In this document: positions 17,602 through 26,876 of the stretch, piece by piece
Layout: every line of letters begins with the position of its first letter
How positions within the stretch are numbered: the first letter of the stretch is position 1
Origin: Pseudomonadota bacterium
Lineage (GTDB): Bacteria > Pseudomonadota > Gammaproteobacteria > Burkholderiales > Burkholderiaceae_D
Direction: 5' to 3'
NCBI GenBank assembly: GCA_023416415.1
Contig: JAEZHR010000356.1
Location: forward strand, 1 to 32,891
Length of the DNA stretch: 32,891 nt
The notes under the pieces: model-generated
The model's input: the letters and a program-made list of their open reading frames with translations, nothing else
Database searches by the model: none
Told to the model about the DNA's origin: nothing
Program-made: the position numbers and the translations under genes

Positions 17602-18708
17602 ATGCCGGACTGGCTGCTCGCAATCATCTATCTCGTCACACCGTGGATTGTCCTGATCAGAGGATTGCCATGGGTCGGCATGATCGTGCAGATTCTGATT
17701 GCCGGCCTTGCCACGCTTGCCATCCATGCCGCAGGCACTGTCATCCTGCGTCGCCTGGCGGGGCCGCTACCCTATTCGCGCCAGCTCGTCGAATTTGGCC
17801 ATCGTCCGGGCGCAGTCCTGATTTTCCTGATGCTGGTACAGATCATCCTGCGCAATGCTCCGGACGCCCTTCCGCGTCTCGAGCTTGTTCGCCACGTAAA
17901 CGCCGTGGCGCTGGTCGCTGCCTTGACCTGGCTTGGCGTGGGTGCAATACGTGCGATCACGCACACTATCGTCGACCTCCATCCGGTCGACCGACCGGAC
18001 AATTTCGATGCGCGACGGATACAGACACAAACGCGGGTGCTGGGCCGCTCGGCAATCGTCCTGATCATCCTGATCGGGACCGCCAGTGCACTGATGACCC
18101 TGCCGCTGCTGCGTCAGATCGGTGCGAGCCTGCTGGCCTCGGCCGGACTTGCCGGCATCGTGCTTGGTTTCGCGGCCAAGCCGGTACTCGGCAATCTCCT
18201 CGCAGGCCTCCAGATCGCGCTGACCCAACCGATCCGCATCGAAGACGTCGTCATCATCGAGGGTGAATGGGGCCAGATCGAGGAGATCACCGGCACCTAC
18301 GTCGTCGTGCGCATCTGGGACCAGCGGCGGATGGTGGTGCCTTTGCAGTGGTTCATCGAGCACCCGTTCCAGAACTGGACCAGGCGCACGGCCGACATTC
18401 TGGGCACGGTATTCCTGTGGGTAGACTACCGCATGCCGCTTGCCCCGATGCGACAAAGACTGCAGGAGGTTTGCGCTGAGGCGCCGGAATGGGATGGGCG
18501 CCTGTGTCTGCTGCAGGTCTTCGAAGCCGGGGAACGGGCGATGCAGGTGCGCGTACTGGTGAGCGGGGCAGACGCGGGACGCGTCTGGGACCTGCGCTGT
18601 CGTGTGCGCGAAGAACTGATCCATTTCGTGCAGCGCGAGTATCCTCAATACCTGCCTCGACTGCGCGCGGAGGTCAATAGTGAACCTGGCATCGGCACGC
18701 ACCGATGA
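17602..18708 (+). CDS. Small-conductance mechanosensitive channel (MscS family)
   Basis: Multiple TM helices and ASLLASAGLAGIVLGFAAKPVLGNLLAG...PIRIEDVVIIEGEWGQIEEI...PFQNWT; start codon uncertain. Confidence 0.92.
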   Translation: MPDWLLAIIYLVTPWIVLIRGLPWVGMIVQILIAGLATLAIHAAGTVILRRLAGPLPYSRQLVEFGHRPGAVLIFLMLVQIILRNAPDALPRLELVRHVNAVALVAALTWLGVGAIRAITHTIVDLHPVDRPDNFDARRIQTQTRVLGRSAIVLIILIGTASALMTLPLLRQIGASLLASAGLAGIVLGFAAKPVLGNLLAGLQIALTQPIRIEDVVIIEGEWGQIEEITGTYVVVRIWDQRRMVVPLQWFIEHPFQNWTRRTADILGTVFLWVDYRMPLAPMRQRLQEVCAEAPEWDGRLCLLQVFEAGERAMQVRVLVSGADAGRVWDLRCRVREELIHFVQREYPQYLPRLRAEVNSEPGIGTHR

Positions 18709-18807
18709 ATGCTGGTCCGGTCAGTGTCTCGCCGTGCGAGTCAGCTGGAACCGGCGCAGCTCAGGCCTGCTCATACATGATGGGTACAGCAACCATCGAG
18801 CAGTGCC

Positions 18808-19062
18808 ATGCAGATAGAAACGATAGGCAAGTTCCAGCTCCACTTGATTGCGCTTGAGATTGCCGATACATGCTGGGACCCGTTCGTCACGATCATGAAG
18901 TTCGATGACTCCGCCCAGGATTTTGTCTGCGTTCTGGAGAAGCATCACGCGGGCGACCCGCAGGCGAGTTACGAAGAGGCGATCGAGGTCGCTCGCGAGG
19001 CCGGCACGAACTACATGCATTCCGACCAGAGCCCCGACGCAGTTGGCAGCATCAGCCATTGA
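18808..19062 (+). CDS. Hypothetical protein (84 aa)
   Basis: Good codon bias and globular alpha/beta-like composition (IGKFQLHLIA...WDPFVTIMKFDD...YEEAIEVAR). Confidence 0.7.
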   Translation: MQIETIGKFQLHLIALEIADTCWDPFVTIMKFDDSAQDFVCVLEKHHAGDPQASYEEAIEVAREAGTNYMHSDQSPDAVGSISH

Positions 19063-19234
19063 ACGCGTCTGGCTACAAGGGGGGTGCCTGAAGGGGTACA
19101 ATCCGTCCGCACCTCGGCGTTGGAAGCTTGACAATTTGCAATATTGGGATGGTGTGGTCGGCATAGCATGTGCATGCTCCCCGCGCCGCCCTTGTTCGAG
19201 GTGCCGGACCTTCACCACGACATTCGGATCGCCA

Positions 19235-19660
19235 ATGGCACGAGTCCATACCCACTACGATAATCTGAAGGTGGCACGCGACGCACCACCGGAAGTCATT
19301 CGGGCCGCGTACAAGGCACTGTCGCAGAAGCACCACCCGGATCGCCATGGCAACAGTCCCGAAGCGATTCGCATCATTCAGCTCATCAATACCGCTTACG
19401 AGGTTCTGTCCGACCCGGCACGCCGCAGGGAGCATGACGAGTGGATTGCGGGTGCCGAGGGTGAGCAGTTGGAGTCTTCTGCGCAGACCCGCAGCACGCG
19501 CACCACGCGCACCTCCCGGAAATCGGCGCGCCACACCGCGCAGCCTGCCCACCCCGGGCGCAGCCGCTCGACGCCCATGGCGCGTATTGCGCAGCACGCC
19601 GCTCAGCTGTGGGATCGTTTGCGTCGCAAGCTCAACCGCAAGTCCTTCCGCAAGGCCTGA
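19235..19660 (+). CDS. Small J-domain (DnaJ N-terminal) protein
   Basis: THYDNLKV...IRAAYKALSQKHHPDR...INTAYEVLSDPARRREHD with an intact HPD; basic low-complexity tail. Confidence 0.9.
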   Translation: MARVHTHYDNLKVARDAPPEVIRAAYKALSQKHHPDRHGNSPEAIRIIQLINTAYEVLSDPARRREHDEWIAGAEGEQLESSAQTRSTRTTRTSRKSARHTAQPAHPGRSRSTPMARIAQHAAQLWDRLRRKLNRKSFRKA

Positions 19661-19696
19661 ACACAGCTGTTCCCGGGCTTTGTACTACAGATCCGG

Positions 19697-19731
19697 CGCC
19701 GCTTGCGGTCACGCAAGCGGCGTTTGCATTT
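19697..19731 (+). terminator. Hairpin, probable terminator after the J-domain gene
   Basis: CGCCGCTTGCG-GTCA-CGCAAGCGGCG 11-bp stem followed by an interrupted T-tract. Confidence 0.45.
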
Positions 19732-19850
19732 TTGCATCATCCCTCACGCAACTTAACACGCCTCAATAGTGCTCAGGAGGCTTGTCGATATGTTCACGCC
19801 TGGAACTCGCGCGAGTGCGCGGGCCGGCAACATTAATGACCAGCGATCCT

Positions 19851-21278
19851 ATGGCGACTTCCTTTCCGCGTACCCTGCTCTCCCTGATGATTCTCGCCTT
19901 CGTCGCCGGCTGTGGCGGCTCTTCTCCCGGTGATGTGCCGACAGTCGTCGACCCGGGCAACCCTCCTCCGGGAAAGCAACCTCCGGGAAATGGCAATGGG
20001 CCGCCGCCAAGCGATGGAACCATGGTTATGCAATGCCTTGACGGTGCCACGTTCCAGTGCAGCGGCGCGACCCTGCTGCGTACCGAAAACGGCATTGCCC
20101 TCTCGGATTCGGGGGTGCAGGTCTATGGCGTCTCGACCAGTGATTTGGAGGTCGTCAATCCCAACATGACCGGCGCTACCGGCTATCGGCCTGCAACGGG
20201 CGGTTCGGCCGAGATCCGTCTCGACAAGGACGCCAGTGGCAATGTAGGCAGCATGTATCTGATCCTGCGCAACCTGGGTCTGTCCTGGGATGGAGTCAGG
20301 GAGCGTCCCGCCATTATCGAGGTCTTCAATCCCGCGCAAGGGCGCTCAGGTCTCGACGCCAACGGACGCGTTGTGTTCTCCAGCCTGCCCGACAGCGCAG
20401 ACCTGGATTTTTATGATTTCGTCACACTCGGCCCCAACGGCAACCAGAGCAACTACGCCAACAATCGCTACTTCCCGCGCACGGACAACCCTGCACGCTG
20501 CCCGCCCGATATCGATCCCTGCCCGCAAACCGAAACCGGCGGTGTCGGCAGCGCTGCCGGCAGCTGGCGCAGCGGCGGCGACATCCCCGACTGGGCAAGT
20601 GCCGGCCGACTTCATGGCGATGGCGATGTGCATGCCGGCAACGGCAACCCGGTCGGCAGTGTGCCCACCTGGTTACCCGGTGGCACCGGCATCGGCGTGC
20701 CCTTCCCCGGCTCCAAGGGTTACCGCTCACTAGCCAACTGGGGCTACCGTTATGCCAACCTGTCCACCTGGACCACCCAGGATACGGTGCTGATCGAGGA
20801 ATGGGCCGGCCTCGGCAATGAGCACAATAAGAACCGGCGCGGTGCGATTGCTTTTGGAGATGTCACCACACCGGCCTCCGTGCCGTCCACGGGCATGGCC
20901 AGCTATCAAGGCATCGCCTACGGCTGGTACACGCCGGACGGCCAAGCGGAGCCGCGCATGTACTGGGGAGACGCCACGGTCAATGCAAATTTCGCTGCCG
21001 GTCAGGTGACCGTCGCAATCGCAAACACCAGCACGTATGACGCGCAATCCGACTCCGTGCCGGCAGAACTGAATGCGACCGCCACAATGGGCGCCGCCCA
21101 GGAGAGAAACTACATGACCGGCGCGGCTGCGACCGGCGCCATGAACGGGGGGGTGAGTGCACGCTGGTTCGGGCCGGTGGACGGCAGTGCACCGCCCGAG
21201 ATTGCCGGCACATTTACCCTGACCAATGCGGGCAGCGGCGAGGCAATCATTGGAGGTTTCATTGCGCGACGTCCATAG
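19851..21278 (+). CDS. Lipoprotein with a C-terminal TbpB-like beta-barrel (Slam/T11SS substrate-like)
   Basis: Lipobox FVAG-C followed by GGSS and a Pro/Gly linker. The C-terminal PSTGMASYQG...ATVNANF...ARWFGP...EIAGTF...GGFIARR pattern fits TbpB_B_D-type barrels. Confidence 0.75.
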   Translation: MATSFPRTLLSLMILAFVAGCGGSSPGDVPTVVDPGNPPPGKQPPGNGNGPPPSDGTMVMQCLDGATFQCSGATLLRTENGIALSDSGVQVYGVSTSDLEVVNPNMTGATGYRPATGGSAEIRLDKDASGNVGSMYLILRNLGLSWDGVRERPAIIEVFNPAQGRSGLDANGRVVFSSLPDSADLDFYDFVTLGPNGNQSNYANNRYFPRTDNPARCPPDIDPCPQTETGGVGSAAGSWRSGGDIPDWASAGRLHGDGDVHAGNGNPVGSVPTWLPGGTGIGVPFPGSKGYRSLANWGYRYANLSTWTTQDTVLIEEWAGLGNEHNKNRRGAIAFGDVTTPASVPSTGMASYQGIAYGWYTPDGQAEPRMYWGDATVNANFAAGQVTVAIANTSTYDAQSDSVPAELNATATMGAAQERNYMTGAAATGAMNGGVSARWFGPVDGSAPPEIAGTFTLTNAGSGEAIIGGFIARRP

Positions 21279-21337
21279 GAGCAGCCTGTAACGGGACGTA
21301 ACGCAATTGGACAGTGCTGTTGCGTTACCCGATAGTC

Positions 21338-21404
21338 AAGTCGGAATGGCAGTTCTCCAACGGCGACTTTTCTGCCCGCTCGACTTCGGTCGGGCGGGCT
21401 TTTT
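21338..21404 (+). ncRNA. Candidate small RNA: 5' stem-loop with an exposed UUCUCC plus a terminator
   Basis: AAGTCG (21338-43) can pair with CGACTT (21364-69) around GGCAGTTCTCCAAC. Possible promoter TTGGAC-N18-GATAGT upstream. Confidence 0.4.
21374..21404 (+). terminator. Rho-independent terminator
   Basis: GCCCGCTCGAC-TTCG-GTCGGGCGGGC-TTTTT with a cUUCGg tetraloop. Confidence 0.85.
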
Positions 21405-21481
21405 CTTTTGCAGCCGACGCTCCAGCCGCGATTCATGCGCGCGGTGTAAACGATCAAAGCGCGCTCGTGCGAGCGATCTCC

Positions 21482-21715
21482 TCAAATGCAGGACACGGGG
21501 CCGTCCTGCAATGCCCAGCCGGCCTGTGCATTCCTCGCGTCGTCCAGATGTCGCCAGTACGTCATGCACCGATCACATACGTGATACGTCACCCAGGCAG
21601 CCCGTCCATGACCTGGCCGTGCGATGCGTTGGGTCAATCCGATCTGGCGCAGACGTTCATGAGGCCGTGCGCTGCGTGCGTTCTGCAGCAGCGCATTGCA
21701 GCTGTCGCAACGCAT
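21482..21715 (-). CDS. Small putative Zn-binding protein (77 aa)
   Basis: GAAGGA RBS; MRCDSC...PHERL...HVCDRC..YW...AGW, with two CxxC pairs. Confidence 0.7.
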   Translation of the reverse strand: MRCDSCNALLQNARSARPHERLRQIGLTQRIARPGHGRAAWVTYHVCDRCMTYWRHLDDARNAQAGWALQDGPVSCI

Positions 21716-21986
21716 GTTCTTTCCTTCACTCTTCCCGCCGGGGGCACGCAACGCCATCAGTACGCACTGCGGTGAACGGCATGAACTTTCCAAGGGTAGT
21801 GAAAATGTTGCCCGACTGCGCCTGGGTCTTCTTGCGCACGATCAAGTTGCGGCACATCAGACCTCGTTCGCTTCACCGCTTGCCGAACTCATTGGGAATC
21901 CGATGCCTGCCTATACTGCTTTTCCGGGAGTGGTCCGCCGCCATGGCGGCGGCAGGCAGACACAGGTTTTGTCCAGAGAGGTCAGC

Positions 21987-22370
21987 ATGGAGAAGCAGCA
22001 ATCTCGTTCGTCGGGAAAGCCACTGCCGGATACCGTCGGCAGCCTTTATGTTGATATGATCCGGCGCGCTGACGCCGGACAGTCCCCTCTGCCGCGTCTG
22101 CGGACCAGAACAAAACCCGACCGGGACGCTGTGACGCGGTGCATTCACATCTGGGCCAGCATCTATCACCCTTGTGATGAAGGGCCCGTCATCAACGAGG
22201 GTACAACTTCCACTGGCGTTCAGGGGGCGCTGCCTGCAGAGCGCAACCGCTGGCCGCGCCGCCCGGCTCGACTCTCAGCTGTAGTCATGACCGATCCGGG
22301 CGCGATTCAAGCGGTCCGTTCCACTGCGCCTAATCCGCGCAGATCACCTTCTTCGGAAAGCGGACAGTGA
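21987..22370 (+). CDS. Possible hypothetical protein (dubious; 3' end overlaps phoR)
   Basis: GAGAGG RBS before ATG 21987; weak codon bias and no recognisable motif. Confidence 0.3.
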   Translation: MEKQQSRSSGKPLPDTVGSLYVDMIRRADAGQSPLPRLRTRTKPDRDAVTRCIHIWASIYHPCDEGPVINEGTTSTGVQGALPAERNRWPRRPARLSAVVMTDPGAIQAVRSTAPNPRRSPSSESGQ

Positions 22371-23625
22371 ACGTGCTGCCTTTGTCCGGGACCGATTCGA
22401 TGGAGAGGCCGGCATCGTGCCGCAGCAGCACGTGCTTGACGATGGCAAGTCCCAGGCCGGTGCCTTGGGTTTCGCGCGAGCGGCTCTTGTCGACTCGGTA
22501 AAAGCGCTCGGTCAGGCGCGATAGATGCTCTGGACGGATGCCGATTCCCGAATCGCGCACCGAGAATTGCGGCAAGCCCTCGCGCAAGGTCCAGCGGATG
22601 TCGATGCGGCCCTGCTCCGGCGTATAGCGAACGGCATTGGAAGCCAGGTTGCCGAACGCGCTGCGCAATTCCTCCAGCCCGCCCTTGATGTCCGGACCAT
22701 CGCACTCCAGCGTGATCTGGTGACGCCCGCCGGACAGAGCCTCGGCCTCGGCACGCACTTGTTCCAACAACGTGTGGATATCGACCCGCTCGGGACGCAG
22801 CGGATATTCGATCGATTCCAGACGCGTGAGGGTCAGCATGTCCTCGACCAGATTCTGCATGCGCTGCCCCTGTTCGCTCATCAGCTTCAAATGGGCCATT
22901 CGGGTTTCCGGGTCGAGGTCAGGCTGGCTGCAGGCAATTTCCAGGAAGCCGTTGATCACTGTCAGCGGCGTACGCAGTTCATGGGAAGCGTTGGCGATGA
23001 AATCACGGCGCATCATTTCGATGCGCTGTGCTTCGGTCGCATCATGGGTGACCAGGATCTGCCGCCGGTTTTCGAAGGGAATGATCTGCACGATCAGTTT
23101 GCGATCGTGCAGGCTGAGCGTCAGCGGCTGGTCATAGCGGCCGAGGACCACATAGTCGATGAAGGCCGGGCTTCGCACCAGGTTGGTCACACGCATGCCC
23201 CGGTCGCGATCCAGCTGCAATCCGAGGTGCTGTTCGGCGGCCGTATTGCACCATTCCAGAAACAGCACGTCATCCATGATGACCACGCCATCCGGCAGCA
23301 GGCTCATCGCCTGGCGGAAGCGGGCAAGCCACTCGGAAAGCTCGGCCTGGTGCTTCTCGTCTTCGCGGCGCAGCTTGTACAGACGCGCAAAAACGTCGGT
23401 CCAGGCGCCCCACCCGTCCGGCAAGCGAGCGCTGGACGGATCATCGAGCCAGTTCGACAGCTGCTGGAGGTAATTCAGCTGCACATACAGGAACACGATC
23501 ATGCCAAGCAAGGCGACCACCAGTCCGGCAGTCAGGCCGAAGAAGTACCAGACGACCCCGGCACCGAGGAACATGAAAAGCAGGCGCAGGACGACCGGCA
23601 CCCAGAACACGAGTCGTGGATTCAT
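22330..23625 (-). CDS. phoR: Phosphate regulon sensor histidine kinase
   Basis: N-terminal TM segments, PAS domain, DFIANASHELRTPLT H-box, RLTERFYRVDKSRSRETQGTGLGL. Confidence 0.96.
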   Translation of the reverse strand: MNPRLVFWVPVVLRLLFMFLGAGVVWYFFGLTAGLVVALLGMIVFLYVQLNYLQQLSNWLDDPSSARLPDGWGAWTDVFARLYKLRREDEKHQAELSEWLARFRQAMSLLPDGVVIMDDVLFLEWCNTAAEQHLGLQLDRDRGMRVTNLVRSPAFIDYVVLGRYDQPLTLSLHDRKLIVQIIPFENRRQILVTHDATEAQRIEMMRRDFIANASHELRTPLTVINGFLEIACSQPDLDPETRMAHLKLMSEQGQRMQNLVEDMLTLTRLESIEYPLRPERVDIHTLLEQVRAEAEALSGGRHQITLECDGPDIKGGLEELRSAFGNLASNAVRYTPEQGRIDIRWTLREGLPQFSVRDSGIGIRPEHLSRLTERFYRVDKSRSRETQGTGLGLAIVKHVLLRHDAGLSIESVPDKGSTFTVRFPKKVICAD

Positions 23626-23634
23626 GAAAGAGCT

Positions 23635-24324
23635 TTACTTCTCGGACAGCGCGTATCCTACACTACGCACCGTCCGGATCAGAAAGCCGGCCTCCTTGAG
23701 GGCCTTGCGCAGGCGCAGCACGTGCACGTCGATGGTGCGCTCCTCGATGACGGCGTGATCACCCCAGACCCTGTCAAGCAACTGCCCGCGCGAGTAGACG
23801 CGCTCCGGATTGGCCATCAGGAATTTCAGCAACCGGAACTCGGTCTGGCCGATGTCGATGCGCTCGCCGTTCACCTCTACCACGCACGCCACCGGATCAA
23901 GCTTCACAGGTCCGGCGCGCAGGATGGCAACGACATGCTCAGGACTCTTGCGCCGCAAGAGCGCCCTGATGCGCGAACTGAGTTCACGAGGCGAAAACGG
24001 TTTGGTGATGTAATCGTCAGCCCCCTGGTCGAGGCCGGCAATCTTGTCCTCCTCCAGGCTCTTCGCGGTGAGCATGATGACCGGCAATTGACCGATGTTC
24101 CGATCCGCTCGGATGCGCGCAAGCAACTTGAGACCGCTCTGATCCGGCAGCATCCAGTCCAGCAGTACCAACTGCGGTGTCTCCTGCTGCAGGGCGTCCC
24201 AAGCCTGGCCGGCGGTATTTACGGCGCGCGTATGCCATCCCGAGTCCTTCAGGGAAAACATGATGAGCTGAACAATGGATGGCTCATCTTCGACGATCAG
24301 GATCGTGATCTTGTCGCCCGCCAT
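23635..24324 (-). CDS. phoB: Phosphate regulon response regulator
   Basis: LLDWMLPDQSG, GADDYITKPFSPREL and ERTIDVHVLRLRKAL; adjacent to phoR and phoU. Confidence 0.96.
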   Translation of the reverse strand: MAGDKITILIVEDEPSIVQLIMFSLKDSGWHTRAVNTAGQAWDALQQETPQLVLLDWMLPDQSGLKLLARIRADRNIGQLPVIMLTAKSLEEDKIAGLDQGADDYITKPFSPRELSSRIRALLRRKSPEHVVAILRAGPVKLDPVACVVEVNGERIDIGQTEFRLLKFLMANPERVYSRGQLLDRVWGDHAVIEERTIDVHVLRLRKALKEAGFLIRTVRSVGYALSEK

Positions 24325-24471
24325 TGACTCTAGCCCGGGTACTTCACAGAAGCGCGCAATGATGGAGTGCGCATTGCGAGGAAACCCATGCTCCTCCAGC
24401 CGCGCAGGCAGGTCAACCGCAGCGGATCACGCCCGCGTGAACCAAATATCCGGCAATCACGTGACGACATC

Positions 24472-25212
24472 TCAAGCGCCGGGCTGTTCTGATGAAATAT
24501 CCGGTCTGGGCCAGCTGCCCGATCCGGCGATGGCCGTAGCCGTGTGACGGATGTCCTGCCCCTTGACCACGTAGATCACGTATTCGGCGATGTTCTTCGC
24601 GTGGTCACCGATGCGCTCGATCGCCTTGGCAGCCCAAAGGGTGTCGAGGGCTGCCGAGATCGTGCGCGGATCTTCCATCATGAAAGTGATCATGGTGCGC
24701 AGCACGGAACGGAACTCGTGGTCGACAGCCTCGTCACCGGCGATGATCCGCATTGCCTGTTCGTCGTCCAGACGCGCGAAGGCATCCAGCGCATCGTGCA
24801 GCAGCACGCGTGTAGAGGCCGCCATGACCCGGATCGTTTCGTAGGGATTGAGCGAGCCCACGGGCCCACGCGCGCGCAGGCTCTTGGCCGTACGTGCGAT
24901 CTTGGTCGCTTCGTCGCCGACACGCTCCAGGTCCGTGATGACCTTCAGTGTTGCGATCACGTTGCGCAGATCGTTTGCAGCCGGTTGACGCTTGACGATC
25001 AGGTGGCTGCAGGTGTCGTCGAGCGCCACTTCGAGGCGGTTGACTTCTTCGTCCTTCCTGATCAAGTCGTCGGCGAGCACGGCGTCGCCGCTTTGCACGC
25101 ACTCAACGGCTTCCTTGAACAGGCTCTCGACCAGACCGCCCATCAGCAACACCTTGGAGCGGATCGCTTCGAGATCCATGTCGTACTGTTTGGATGAATG
25201 ATCGCCTGGCAT
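24472..25212 (-). CDS. phoU: Phosphate signalling protein PhoU
   Basis: RQPAANDLR, TDLERVGD, MMEDPRTIS and IERIGDHAKNIAEYVIY; GGAG RBS before ATG 25212. Confidence 0.95.
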   Translation of the reverse strand: MPGDHSSKQYDMDLEAIRSKVLLMGGLVESLFKEAVECVQSGDAVLADDLIRKDEEVNRLEVALDDTCSHLIVKRQPAANDLRNVIATLKVITDLERVGDEATKIARTAKSLRARGPVGSLNPYETIRVMAASTRVLLHDALDAFARLDDEQAMRIIAGDEAVDHEFRSVLRTMITFMMEDPRTISAALDTLWAAKAIERIGDHAKNIAEYVIYVVKGQDIRHTATAIAGSGSWPRPDISSEQPGA

Positions 25213-25244
25213 CGCGCTATCTCCTGTTTCCGTTTTCTCGCCGC

Positions 25245-26006
25245 TCAACCGAAGCGGCCGGTGATGTAATCCTGGGTTTCCTTCTTGCCCGGATTCATGA
25301 AAATCTGGTCGGTTACGCCAAACTCAACCAGCTCCCCCAGATACATGTACGCAGTGTAATCCGAGCAACGCGCAGCCTGTTGCATGTTGTGCGTGACGAT
25401 GGTGATCGTGTAATCCTCTTTCAGCTCGGCGATCAGTTCCTCGATCTTGGCCGTGGAAATCGGATCCAGCGCAGAAGTCGGTTCGTCCAGCAGCAGCACG
25501 TCGGGCTTGACGGCCACGCTGCGAGCAATGCACAAGCGTTGCTGCTGGCCGCCCGAGAGCGACAGACCGCTCTTCTGCAGCTTGTCCTTCACCTCGGTCC
25601 AGAGCGCGGCTTTCTTCAATGCCCATTCGACACGCTCGTCCATCTCGCCGCGCGACAGGTTTTCGTACAGCCGCACGCCGAAGGCGATGTTCTCGTAGAC
25701 CGACATCGGAAACGGGGTCGGCTTCTGGAACACCATGCCCACCTTGGCGCGCAGCACGTTGACATCCTGGCCCGGCGCGAGGATGTTGCGCCCGTTGTAG
25801 ATGATGTGTCCTTCCGCACGCTGCCCCGGATACAGGTCATACATGCGGTTGAGCGTGCGCAGCAACGTGGACTTGCCGCAGCCGGACGGGCCGATGAAGG
25901 CCGTCACCTTCTTTTCGTAGATGTTGAGACTGACATTCTTCAGGCCCTGGAAATTGCCGTAGAAGAAATTGAGATTCGAGATTTCGAGCGTGGCCTTGCC
26001 GGTCAT
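25245..26006 (-). CDS. pstB: Phosphate ABC transporter ATPase
   Basis: [50 protein letters not shown]. Confidence 0.97.
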   Translation of the reverse strand: MTGKATLEISNLNFFYGNFQGLKNVSLNIYEKKVTAFIGPSGCGKSTLLRTLNRMYDLYPGQRAEGHIIYNGRNILAPGQDVNVLRAKVGMVFQKPTPFPMSVYENIAFGVRLYENLSRGEMDERVEWALKKAALWTEVKDKLQKSGLSLSGGQQQRLCIARSVAVKPDVLLLDEPTSALDPISTAKIEELIAELKEDYTITIVTHNMQQAARCSDYTAYMYLGELVEFGVTDQIFMNPGKKETQDYITGRFG

Positions 26007-26027
26007 TGGATACCTTGGTCGGTCAGG

Positions 26028-26876
26028 TTAGGACGATACTTTCTGGCGGAACAGCGTGCGTGACAGGATGTTGAGCAGGAGCACGCTGAAGGTGATCAGC
26101 AATGCACCGCCCCATGCCAGCGAGCGCCAGTTGTCGTAAGGACTCATCGCGAACTGGAAGATCACCACCGGCAGGTTGGCCATGGGGGCGTTCATGTCGG
26201 CGCTGAAGAACTGGTTGTTCAAGGCTGTGAACAGCAGCGGCGCGGTCTCACCCGAAATGCGGGCCACGGCCAACAGGACGCCGGTCACGACACCCGCCTT
26301 CACTGCACGCAGACGTACCATCGTCGCCACCTTCCAGCGCGGCGCGCCGAGGGCAAAGGCTGCCTCGCGCAGGCTGGAGGGGACAAGCTTGAGCATGTTG
26401 TCGGTCGTGCGCACGACCACGGGAATGGCGATCAGCGAAATCGCAAAGGTGCCCGCCCAGCCGGAGAAGTGCTTGACGTTGGCAACATAGATCGCATACA
26501 CAAACAGGCCGATCACGATCGATGGCGCGGACAGCATGATGTCGGTAACGAAGCGCGTGATCTGGGCCAGCCAGCTCTCCTCGCCGTACTCGGCAAGATA
26601 GACGCCGGCCAGGATGCCGATCGGCGTACTGATGAGCGTCGAGGCACCGACCATCAGCAGGCTGCCGACGATGGCGTTCAACAGGCCGCCGCCATCGCTG
26701 CCCGGTGCCGGGGTGCTCTCGGTGAACATCGCGAAGCTCAACGCACCGAAACCCTTGATCAGCAGCGTCAGCAGAATCCAGGCAAGGAAGAACAGACCGA
26801 TCGCCATCGCGAAGATGGACAGCCCGATGCCGATACGGTGCCGCAACAGGCGGCTGCGATAGACGGGATTCATCAT
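26028..26876 (-). CDS. pstA: Phosphate ABC transporter permease PstA
   Basis: [25 protein letters not shown] and [13 protein letters not shown]. The true start overlaps the pstC stop (ATGA). Confidence 0.95.
   Translation of the reverse strand: MMNPVYRSRLLRHRIGIGLSIFAMAIGLFFLAWILLTLLIKGFGALSFAMFTESTPAPGSDGGGLLNAIVGSLLMVGASTLISTPIGILAGVYLAEYGEESWLAQITRFVTDIMLSAPSIVIGLFVYAIYVANVKHFSGWAGTFAISLIAIPVVVRTTDNMLKLVPSSLREAAFALGAPRWKVATMVRLRAVKAGVVTGVLLAVARISGETAPLLFTALNNQFFSADMNAPMANLPVVIFQFAMSPYDNWRSLAWGGALLITFSVLLLNILSRTLFRQKVSS

Noticed and set aside
22525..24327. 600-aa plus-strand ORF over phoR/phoB, and similar long antisense ORFs over the ast, pst and DUF445 genes
   Set aside because: Typical high-GC antisense shadows of well-supported minus-strand genes.
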